Below are positions 12,681 through 23,439 of a stretch of 45,161 nucleotides of DNA, one piece after another. The notes below the pieces were generated by a model. The model saw only the letters and a list, made by a program, of their open reading frames with translations. It made no database searches and was not told the origin of the DNA. Source of the DNA: Octopus bimaculoides (lineage: Eukaryota); NCBI RefSeq assembly GCF_001194135.2, contig NC_068989.1:67471839-67516999 (forward strand), given 5' to 3'. Position numbers and translations under genes: made by a program. Position 1 is the first letter of the stretch, and each line of letters opens with the position of its first letter.

Positions 12681-13318
12681 ATTCAAAACGGGGGCACCAG
12701 TTTTCATTTATGTTTTATGTAGTGTTTTTGGTACCGAAAGACTTTCAAACTTCGTATACTTATCTATTTTGTGTTATAGAACAGAAAAAAATTTTTGTAT
12801 TCGAATTTATTTCTTGTAAAAAATTGTCTTATTTCGATAATTTCTACTAATCACTGACGTCTATTCAGTTGAAAACAGTTAGCGCTGTAACGGTGTATAT
12901 CGTATTAATCCCCTAACCCTAACTAGACTGTTAACCCTAACCCTAAAACTAACCCTAACTCTAGAATCCGAACTCTAAAATTGTTACACACATAGATACG
13001 CACAGCGTAATTTATTATATAAACAATATATGCGTATAAATTACGATTAAACCGGATGAAATATGTCACAGGGAATAACATTTTTATGACCGCCCAGCAG
13101 TAACTCTATTCAGCTGAATAAACGTCAGTGATTGGTTGAAATTACAGAAATACGACAACTTTAACATGGAATAACTTGCGATGTACGTTTTTTTTTGTTA
13201 AGAAGACTAAGAGTAAAAGATGTTTTATATGACACATTCTACCAGTGTCCCAAGTTTCAAAGTGTTTCGTTAGTGTTTCGTTAAGAAAATACTGGTGCCA
13301 CCGTTTAGAAATAGATCC
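12681..13318. mobile_element. TAACCC-containing MITE of the same family as 23717-24275, nested in the fold-back element
   Basis: Shares aaaacggggg(c)ac, ggtaccgaaagactttcaaacttcgtatac and caatcactgacgtc blocks with 23717-24275; ends in gaaatagatcc. Confidence 0.75.
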
Positions 13319-13332
13319 ACAGGGTTTACTCT

Positions 13333-13655
13333 TGTAAGAAATGTGATGTGCACTCGCTGGATGCTTCATATTTCCTTACAATGATCATGGAAAGAAGACA
13401 CGAGGACAAGATCTCTCTAAACAAATAACAAAGAGTATTTTATTTGGGTTGCATGTACATCTCGTCACTGGTGGAGCTGGTCGCAGTTGCGTCCTGCCTG
13501 GTCAACAGCCGGGGCCGAAAAAAGGGTGAATGATGGTCAAGCCTAAAAGCTGACGATGATTGCGCATGCACCTCACAGAACTTCCGGCCGGCAAGTCCCC
13601 CGCACATGCGCAATGGCACTTCCCAAAATGGCGGCCAATCCTCGCCGTAACTACA
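13333..13655 (-). mobile_element. Solo LTR of 323 bp, Gypsy-like
   Basis: TG...CA termini and 4-bp TSD ctct (13329-13332, 13656-13659). It interrupts a motif that is uninterrupted in the opposite TIR (acagggtttactcttaacg). AATAAA is on the minus strand near 13440. Confidence 0.85.
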
Positions 13656-15751
13656 CTCTTAACGTTTTTGACAAAATTTTGTATTTTAGAAGTTATTTCA
13701 TGTTAAAGTTGTCGTATTTGGGTAATTTTAACCAATCAATGGCGTGTATTCGGCTGAAGAAAATTACTGCTGCTGTTTGCGAACAACAACTTCCGGGTCC
13801 ATTGACAAAACGATGAGTCTTCGACAACAGAAAGATTTAAACTGAAAATCTCTCCTAATAAACCTGTTCTTTAATAACCAGAGATGTTTTTATAGCAACA
13901 TATATGAAACTACTCTCGTACAACACTGGATATTAGCCATAATATGTACCGAGAAAGAATAAAAGATAGCGAGTTTCTACATTCCAAATATTGGATTTCC
14001 CTTGACTAGCGTAATTTATTCAGATTTTCGTATGAAATAAATAGAAAATGTTATGGGAACTTGGTACATATTATGGCTAATATCCAGTATTGTACGAGAG
14101 TAGTTTCACGGATCTTACAGATTTTTTTAATTAATTTTTTTTTAAGCTAAACAGTTTGAAACTTTGGATACTGGTTGAATGTGTCAGAAGTTTTTCTATT
14201 CTGTATATAAAAAAAGATTGGCTACTTTTTCTAGCAGGTCATGCAACCACACACAGGCTCCGTTGTTGGTCTGTCTCAGTAATAATTTTGTTGTTATTAA
14301 AGAACAGGTTTATTAGGAGAGATTTTCAATTTAAATTTTTCTGTTGTCGAAGACTCATCGTTTTGTCAATGGACCCGAAAATTGTTGTTCGCAAACAGCA
14401 GCAGTAATTTTCTTCAGCCGAATACACGCCATTGATTGGTTAAAATTACCCAAACACGACAACTTTAACACGAAATAACTTCTAAAATACAAAATTTTGT
14501 CAAAAACGTTAAGAGTAAACCCTGTTCTACATGACACATTCTACTAGTATCCGAAGTTTCAAAGTGTTTAGTTTTAAAAAATTAATTAAAAAATCTGTAC
14601 GTCAAATTGAATAGATCCATAGATGGAGTTGCAATCCTTCAGCAAAACAATTTTGAATAACACGGATAAAAATTAAACGCAAGAAATTAAATACCGGTTC
14701 TTACTGCAACCACGCAAGAAAGGGTCTGAATAAAATTCGTTTCGAAATCATTCATTCAATGGTAGATAAACTGTCCTTCGTCTACAAAATGTTAGTGTTG
14801 ACTGCTATATCGTGCGAACTAAAAATTCAGTGGCTGTAAAACGATATTCTGGGTCGTTGTTGTTACACGACACTATTATAATCACGACATTGCAGATTAC
14901 AGAAGTAATCTGTGAATATTGTGTCGTTCGCTTTTTACCGCTTTGACGCTGAAGCTGCTCTTATGACGGAGAGGTTCTTTTTCGCTGATTGAAAGAGCCA
15001 TTCAGTTCGTAAGATGGTGAATGACACTTATGCTGGTTGGTTTTATTATTGCAGAACCTTTCTTCGCCGAGTCGCCATTGTCGCGAAGGGGGCTGGCTTA
15101 TTCGAGGAACAGCAACGAACTGCAAAATTCGGCAGACTTATATCTCTTTGCCCCTCGCTTCAAGAAAACTAAAGGCCAAGTAAAAGAAGTTAAGGACATG
15201 TTATTTTCACTCTTGCCCAAAGCAAACTAGAAATGTGAGTGAATTCGGATAAACTCACATACCGATTTTCATTCAAAACCAACTCACCTTCGCGACAGTG
15301 GCAAAGGAACATTAAAATGTAGGTTATTATTTTTGTAGTACTCCTCAACTTGGAAATAATTTGTAAATCATCCTGCAAATAGTTCTCTGAAGGTTTGCCT
15401 GGAAAATCGATCGAGTAAAACAACACCAAGGAAAAACGTCCAATGAAATATAAGTATACACGGTACATAATAAAGGAATTATGATGACAATGATGAAATG
15501 AGGAGGAAGAGAAGGAGGTGGTGGGAGCATTTGAGGTTGGATAGTCTCCTGTATTTCCTGATACAGAGCATTGCATAGTCGTCATCATCATCATCATCAA
15601 AGCACTTCGTCTGGAGGAAAATCTTAGAACCCCACAGTCCCAAGATTACCCATGTAGTGAAACCTCTCTCTCGGGCATTCAATCATACATGATAACGAAG
15701 CTGCTAGCATCTAGCCTTGGGCTGCCGCGGACCTTTCTGTCCACCATCCTG

Positions 15752-15930
15752 ATTGGTTCTTATTTTGCGCGGCAATTGTCTACATGTTCTGCTTGCTAAG
15801 GGGGTATTACGTCCAATCGTGGCCTAAAGGTAAAGTCACGTGATAGAGAGTTTTACTGGGTTTCCGGTGAGCCCTTTTTCGCCTATAAATAAGCCCGATC
15901 CAATAACGGCAATCGTCTTTGATTTCAGAT
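15752..15930 (+). promoter_or_regulatory. Pol II promoter-like cassette
   Basis: ATTGG 15752-15756, CCAAT 15813-15817, E-box GTCACGTGAT 15835-15844, TATAAATAAG 15884-15893. Confidence 0.55.
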
Positions 15931-16898
15931 ATCTCACTGGTCTGATCGTCGACCACACACAGCTACAGCCAGTTCCAGCGCCGACGTCTTCGCCACCAAT
16001 GCACTGTCTACCATTGTCGTCGCCAGCAACACCAACATCAACAAGAGCGGTTTTATCTCGACGCTGTATGAGTGGAGTTTCCACTCACGAGCAACAGTCA
16101 GAACTAACCAGCGAGAATATTCCGTATCAGGTACACAGTCACAGCATTCGACGCTCAACACACACAGTGTGATACTACAGCTCTGCTCCTTGGCCACAAC
16201 TTCCTGCGTATGAACATTCTATCTCCTTGTGTAACTCTAATACGAACTGGTATTTCTCTATCACAGTGTTTTAAGACTTTTTACAGTCTATGTTACAGAC
16301 ACTCTTTCTATGTTCTGTGTTTCTTCTCATTCACACGCACACTTGTACTCTCACATATAGTACACACACTATTATCTATACGACTGTCCGTCACTTCACA
16401 TTGTTGTATACATTCAACTTGTACACAAAGGCCTGACTTATCTACTGTGTTAATTTTATATGTCGCATGCACGCGCACACAGACACAAACAGTTTCACTA
16501 TGCTAATAAATTTATTCTCATTATATATCTAACGGTTGAGTTTGTCCTAAGTTTCTTTACTGGCACTTGGCTCGTGTCTCTTCACGATGAGCCTTCTATC
16601 ATATATATATCTTATTTTGTGTTCGACCGTGCGACGTGGTAAAAAGCTGTCTTTACCGTCTACGTCGCCATCTCCTTTGGTTCGCACGGTTTCGCAACTC
16701 TCACCTATCCGTCAATAAATTCATTTGTTGCTGCGACCGTTGTTATTACTGTGGTTGCTAGTGTTGTTGTTATTGTTGTGGTCTTTATAGTCGTCAAGGT
16801 TGTTCTTGTTCACTTTATGGTCGTTGTGGCTGTTGTTAGATTATCAGCTGACTTGTCATGTCTTTTCGGCTTTCGTTGGTCTTGGCGTTGCCAAACTT

Positions 16899-17423
16899 GG
16901 CAAGACTTCGCCCCCCCCTCAAAACACCCTTAAAATTTTTTTTTTTTTTTTCGACACAAACCCCACTTTTCGGCCNNNNNNNNNNNNNNNNNNNNNNNNN
17001 NNNNNNNNNNNNNNNNNNNNNNNNNNNNNNNNNNNNNNNNNNNNNNNNNNNNNNNNNNNNNNNNNNNNNNNNNNNNNNNNNNNNNNNNNNNNNNNNNNNN
17101 NNNNNNNNNNNNNNNNNNNNNNNNNNNNNNNNNNNNNNNNNNNNNNNNNNNNNNNNNNNNNNNNNNNNNNNNNNNNNNNNNNNNNNNNNNNNNNNNNNNN
17201 NNNNNNNNNNNNNNNNNNNNNNNNNNNNNNNNNNNNNNNNNNNNNNNNNNNNNNNNNNNNNNNNNNNNNNNNNNNNNNNNNNNNNNNNNNNNNNNNNNNN
17301 NNNNNNNNNNNNNNNNNNNNNNNNNNNNNNNNNNNNNNNNNNNNNNNNNNNNNNNNNNNNNNNNNNNNNNNNNNNNNNNNNNNNNNNNNNNNNNNNNNNN
17401 NNGGTGGGGGCGGAAGTCTTTCC
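16899..17423. mobile_element. Second GGCAAGACTTC MITE with 8-bp TSD; mostly gap
   Basis: TSD ccaaactt at 16891-16898 and 17424-17431; termini ggcaagacttcgcccc and ggggcggaagtctttcc. Confidence 0.75.
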
Positions 17424-17540
17424 CCAAACTTTTGCGTGTCAGGCCTCTGGGTTCCTTTACCTCCACAATTCCATCTCTTTCCCGACCACTTTACCTTCTG
17501 CCATTTTTCGGATACATTCTGGGCATATTTACCTCGTATT

Positions 17541-17929
17541 TACGTCATCTCCCTCATTCGATAGATCGGAAAATGCTGACGTTATATCTTCTGCTATTTT
17601 TTTTCTTTGCGTGATTTGAGGCTTAACATCCAAAAATCCAGTGTCGTTCTCGCTTTCTTCTTACTGAGCTAAACTAAAACCCCGTGACTACCTTGTTTCT
17701 CTATCATTATTACAACGAATTATAAATTCTTCTGTTTTACTATTTTTCTATTGTGATTTCGTTGTCGTTGTAGTAGTTGTTCTTGTTGTTTCTGTTGGAA
17801 GTACAAATGACTGAGCAGAATTTCTTATCCGTACGTCATTTGTCTGACGTAAATGTCGTAAGGAGAGCGTTATGACGTCAATGTTTTTGATTACTATGGC
17901 GACAGCGGTGATGTTTGTTGCTATGACGT
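17541..17929. promoter_or_regulatory. Cluster of six CRE/ATF-type TGACGT sites
   Basis: Sites at 17541-17547, 17577-17582, 17833-17838, 17845-17850, 17873-17880 (full TGACGTCA) and 17924-17929. Confidence 0.45.
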
Positions 17930-18255
17930 TACTGTTGTCTCGTGAACCTATTGTCGAATTGTTACCACTCCTTCCCTTCAATCCCGCTCTCTCTAAACAT
18001 CCTCTCACTCCCCCTCTCACTTGCTTCCGTTAAGAAGATAGTAATGCCGACAGCGATGAGCCGGAGTAGTTTACTGGAGCTTTCGGAATATATATATGTC
18101 TTGCGATATTTCTTCTGTCTCTTTCATGTTCTGAACTCAAAACCCACTGAGACCAACGTTGCCTTTCATCCGTTCATCTTTTCATAATCGATAAAATAAA
18201 ATACGGTTCTTGTACTGGTGATCGACGGTAGCGACTACCCAACCTTTCCTTTAGT

Positions 18256-18642
18256 GAGGGTGCAATGGCCCAGTGGTCAGGGCAGCGAACTCGCAGTCAT
18301 AGGATCGCGGTTTCGATTCCCAGACCGGGCGTTGAGTGTTTATTGAGCGAAAACACCTGAAGCTCCACGAGACTCCGGCAGGGGATGGTGGCGAACCCTG
18401 CTGTACTCTACCACCACAACTTTCTCTCACTCTTTCTTCCTGTTTCTGCTGTGCCTGTAATTCAAAGAATCAGCTTTGTCACACTGTGTCACGCTGAATA
18501 TCCCCGAGAACTACGTTAAGGGTACACGTGTCTGTGGAGTGCTCAGCCACTTGCACGTTAATTTCACGAGCAGGCTGTTCCGTTGATCGGATCGACTAGA
18601 ACCCTCGACGTCGTCAGCGACGGAGTGCCAACAACAACAACA
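18256..18642 (+). mobile_element. tRNA(Arg)-like SINE with (AAC)n tail, resembling the octopus OR-type SINEs
   Basis: A-box tggcccagtgg, B-box ggtttcgattcc, TCG anticodon-like loop, aacaacaac tail. Confidence 0.8.
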
Positions 18643-19149
18643 GCTTGCCCTTTAAATTTCAGGTCTTGTGTTTAAATCAAAACGCCAATATTATTAACTA
18701 ACACACACGCTGGTTCAATTCCACTCTGTTAATTAGTTAATTGTTTAAATACCTATCTAGCTTAATCGTTTGTTTAACAGTTGTTCATTTGTTAAACAAA
18801 CGATCAATTAGTTAGACTAATAATAAAGGAATGGAATTGAACCGGTGTGTGTGTGTTATTAATGTTGACGTAATGACTCATCCTAGACACAACAAAATTA
18901 ATTTCAACACACGAATTCACATAAAGTATCTTACAAACCAAATACAAAACGAAGTAAAATTAAAGATTATCTTTTTTAAAACCACAATATTTCAATTCAG
19001 ATCCAGCTCTGTTGAACAATTAACATTAGCCTCCCCCACCATTCAACGTAGCTTCGACGTTACAGCTCTGTTTCTCTATAAAATTGTCGACAAAAATATA
19101 GTTGTACACAGGTTATTAGTCGGGCAGAAACAACAAAGAAATTAGCGAA

Positions 19150-19490
19150 ACTTAAGGGAAACCACAAAGTTTTAGGTTCAGTCCCATTGCTTGGTACTTT
19201 GGGTACGTATCTTCCATTATGGTTGGCCCTGGGCTGACCAAAGCTTTGTGAGTGAATTTGATACATGGAAATTGAAGAAAGTTCGTCTGTGTGTGTGTGT
19301 GTGTGTGTGTACCCCACCACCACTTGACAACCAGTGTTGGTTTGTTACTTAGGTAGTTTCGCAAGAGGTAACAATAGAATAAGTGCTGAGCTTAAAAGAA
19401 AATGTACAGGGGTCAATTTGTTAAATTAAACCCTTCAATGTAGTGCTCCAGCATGGCTGCAGTTCATTGACTGAAACAAATAAAAAAAAA
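19150..19490 (+). mobile_element. Third SINE family copy
   Basis: ggttcagtccca...gaccaaagctttgtgagtgaatttg...(tg)n...ccagcatggctgcagtt. Confidence 0.7.
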
Positions 19491-21872
19491 AGAAAATATA
19501 AGACACAAAATCTCATGGTAATCAGACTGGAATCAGTAATAATAACTACTTCTAATTAAGTCACAAAGCAGGCAATTTTGAGGGTTAGTTGATTCTATTG
19601 ACCCTGGTACATGACTGGTACTTAATTTTACCAATCCCAAAAGGATTTGAACTCAGGATGTAAGAGATGGAATAAATATCATTTTGTTTAATACAAGAAC
19701 GATTTCACAAGGAAAATTTTTTTTAAAGGCTCTGTAATTATTTAAGGAAGACAGTTAGTGAAGGATTCTTGTGTGCCTTCTTCAAAGAATGGTTATAAGC
19801 GGTAACATATTTAGTTTTCTTGTTAATCATTTCAATCATTCAACCATGGAAATACTGAAGCATCAACTTGAGTTTAGTCAAACAAATCAGTCCCAGAACT
19901 TATTCATATTTTAAAGCTTTGTACTTATTCAGTTGGTCTCTTTTTTCTGAACTGTTAAGTTAAAGGGACATAAACAAGCCCATGCTGGATGTCAAGCAGC
20001 GAGGAGAGGGACAAACACAAGCACAAAGACACACACACATACACATACACGCACACGCGCACACACACACACACTTGTAAAAGGTTGATAGGTGGTTGGT
20101 GTTAGGATGGACAGCCGTCTGTAAAAACCCCTGCCAAATCAGACGGTGAAGCTTGGTGCAGTCTTCTGTCTAGTCAGCCCCTGTCACACTGTCCAACCCA
20201 TGCCAACATGGAAAATTAAACTCCCTCTTATCTGGCACTCAAATAACTGAAACTCTCATGCAATCAGCACTCACCCAGCCAGCCACCCACCAAAATATAA
20301 ATAAATAAGAGAAAATGTGTTGTGAATTAGAGTCAAGAGATCTTGTCTTAACTTATTGTCATTAAAAGGAAGTTTTGAGTGTATTTAAACTGGAATACTG
20401 CTTCTCAGTATTTTATTGTACAGTATTTTATTGTATTACATCTATAGTACCTGTATTTTATAAGGTTAACAAAATAGACATTAAATGATAATGATGATAT
20501 ATATGTAAAAATTCTGATTGGCCTTTGTGACATCTGTCTCATTAGGTTCATGATATAAGCAGAGTTACAGCATTCATTTCTTAGCAGTTGACTATCGATG
20601 CTGCAACTGTCACAGCTGCAAAGAATTTGACATTTTAGCCCAAAGCCAAACTAGCCAAAGGTTAAAATGTCTTTGCAATACAATGAGACAAGAATTGCCT
20701 TAAATACCACCATCACTGCCACCGCTGCTGTCACCACCACCATTACAACTAGCTAACCTGCTATCACATGCAGCATTAAAATTTTTGGTACACTACCATC
20801 CCATTGTACAACCATCACCTACAAATAAGTATAGTTTGCCAACAAATACCAGGCTTCTGCATGGTTTAGTCATTAGTGTGTTGGACTCATGATCATAAGT
20901 TGGTTGTTTCAATTCCTGAACCAGTCGACATGTTATGTTCTTGAGCAAAACACTTCATTTCATATTGATCTAGTTCTCTCAGCTGGCAAAAATGAGTAAT
21001 CTTGCGACAGATCGTTGTCTTGTCCGGGTGGGGAATTTATATGCCATGGAACCAGGAAACTAGCCCTTATGTGTTGGTATGATTCCAGAAGATATCTTTA
21101 CCTTATTATTATTTTTTTTTGTGTGAATATTCAGAAATGTTGTCTTCTGCCTGAATCTTCAGATGGTGATGCTCCCTGATTCCTGTAGAACAATGACACA
21201 TTCATTGTGTCTGAAAATATATAGTTTATTTTGATAAATTCAAATAATATAAGACATGTAGAATTGATCAGATATTGTATGAAAAATGAAAGATATAATA
21301 AAGTAAAACTTTATTTGTACCACTGGTGGTCAAATGAATGATTACCACCAAACAATGTTCATACACATTAAAACAAAAATGGTTTTAGTTCCTATTTCAC
21401 TAACTGAAATAGCTGAATCACTATTATTAAGGTTACATTTTTCTGTAATACTAACTCACCTACCCAACCTGTCAGCATAATAATAATAGTAATAATAATA
21501 ATCCTTCGATATGGTTGAACAACCAATCCCAACCAGTCAAGANNNNNNNNNNNNNNNNNNNNNNNNNNNNNNNNNNNNNNNNNNNNNNNNNNNNNNNNNN
21601 NNNNNNNNNNNNNNNNNNNNNNNNNNNNNNNNNNNNNNNNNNAAGCCCTGTAAAACAACTCGGAAGGTTGGACTTCCAGCCAGGCCTTTCACAATACCCT
21701 CAAAGTCAAGAACTTTTCAGCTCCCCACTTGTAAGCCAATCCATCATGAGACTGCCTATTCACAGCTTTGAGTAAACTGGAGCAACATGAAGTGAAGTGT
21801 TTTGCTCAAGAACATAATGCAAAGATAGTCTGAGAATCAAAATCATGAATGCAATACCCTAACTACTAGGCC

Positions 21873-22246
21873 GTGGAGACGCAATGGCCCAGTGGTTAGG
21901 GCAGTGGACTCGCGGTCATAGGATCGCAGTTTCGATTCCCAGACCGGGCGTTGTGAGTGTTTATTGAGCGAAAACACCTAAAGCTCCATGAGGCTCCAGC
22001 AGGGGATGGTGGCGAACCCTGCTGTACTCTTTCACCACAACTTTCTCTCACTCTCACTTCCTGTTTCTGTTGGGCCTGTAATTCAAAGGGTCAGCCTTGT
22101 CACACTGTGTCACGCTGAAGATCCCCGAGAACTACGTTAAGGGTACACGTGTCTGTTGAGTGCTCAGCCACTTGCACGTTAATTTCACGAGCAGGCTGTT
22201 TCGTTGATCGGATCAACTGGAACCCTCGACGTAAGCCACAGAGTGC

Positions 22247-22285
<39 letters not shown>
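21873..22285 (+). mobile_element. tRNA(Arg)-like SINE with poly(A) tail
   Basis: Same family; TSD tactaggcc at 21864-21872 and 22286-22294; A-run at 22251-22284. Confidence 0.85.
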
Positions 22286-22286
<1 letters not shown>

Positions 22287-22414
22287 ACTAGGCCATGCGC
22301 TTTCACTACCCATCATCTGTAATTAACACTGGAATATATTTAGAAAAAAAGAAATGAACCAAAATAATTAAAACAATATTAGTTCTTTGATTAGGGCAGT
22401 GAGCTGGCAGAATC

Positions 22415-22620
22415 ATTACCATGCTGGGTGAAATGCTTAGTGGTATTTCGTCTGCCATTGCATTCTGAGTTCAAATTCTGCTGAGGTCAACTTTACCTTT
22501 CATCCTTTCGGGGTCAATTAAATAAGTACCAGTTACGCACTGGGGTCAATGTAATTGACTTAATCTCTTTGTCTGACCCCTCTATGTTTAGCTCCCTGTG
22601 GGCAATAAAGAAATAAATAT
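22415..22620 (+). mobile_element. Second SINE family (gagctggcagaatc...ttctgagttcaaatt...cctttcggggtc)
   Basis: Homologous copies at about 6270-6430 (+), 28545-28775 (-), 29095-29325 (-) and remnants at 30750-31410. Confidence 0.75.
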
Positions 22621-23439
22621 TTGTTCCTTCACTGATATTTCTTGCCAACCTTTTGATGCCTCTCGTATTATATGTCAACACACTGATTGGTTTTCTTGTG
22701 ACATTATATTAATTTTAGAACAGTTATGTTCACATATTTTTGTATTCCCTCTGTGTAACCTTTTTGAACATGCAAGCAAAAATTCTAAATCAATTTGAAT
22801 TTAACCTTTATAAAATGTAACTTTATTGGTATTAGTATATTTAGTTTGACCTTTTAAGAGAGGTTTTAAATTAGTATTACTTTATTATTTTTTAAAATTT
22901 TTTATGGATTTGCATCTTTTGTCTACATTAAGTGAGCCTATATTATTTAGGAGAGGAAACAGTAGTTGTGATGTTCATATTTTCTGAAATGACATCAATA
23001 AAAGAATCGAAATCAGAGAGTGGAATCAGATCACTGTGAAAGTTACCTTTAGTTCCACATCTGTATTAAGATTGTAATTAAAAAGAAAGAGAAATTGCCT
23101 GTGAAGAATGTAATGGGGGGGGGGGAGTAGCAGAAATAGTTTTGTTCTAGGAAGAAAGTATGAGAAAAAAATTTGAAGAAGATAAAAATTACCAATGGTT
23201 AGATTTTATAGTTAACAAGTAGTTTAGTGTTCTAAAAGAAAAAAAAAAGAAAAAAATAATTAAAGTAAATTGACTGGAAGGGACGACGGATATCCTATAA
23301 TTTTATATAAAAATATGTGTGACATGATCAATAATAGAATGTACATATATTTTATAATATGAAAACTGTACGTATGTTTTATAATACGGAAACATTCACA
23401 TTTATGTTGAACATTCTCTATGCATATCTATATGTACAT

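Larger units (their letters stand above)
12595..14618. mobile_element. Long-TIR fold-back DNA element with GGATC-type ends, carrying nested insertions
   Basis: 12595-12680 is the inverse of about 14533-14618, and 13660-13875 is the inverse of about 14300-14513. An internal 46-bp inverted repeat lies at about 13904-13950 / 14063-14109. No TSD found. Confidence 0.75.

Noticed and set aside
15289-15313. Minus-strand first coding exon MFLCHCRE followed by GTGAGT
   Set aside because: No downstream exons could be linked to it, and it overlaps an arm of the 16-bp inverted repeat.
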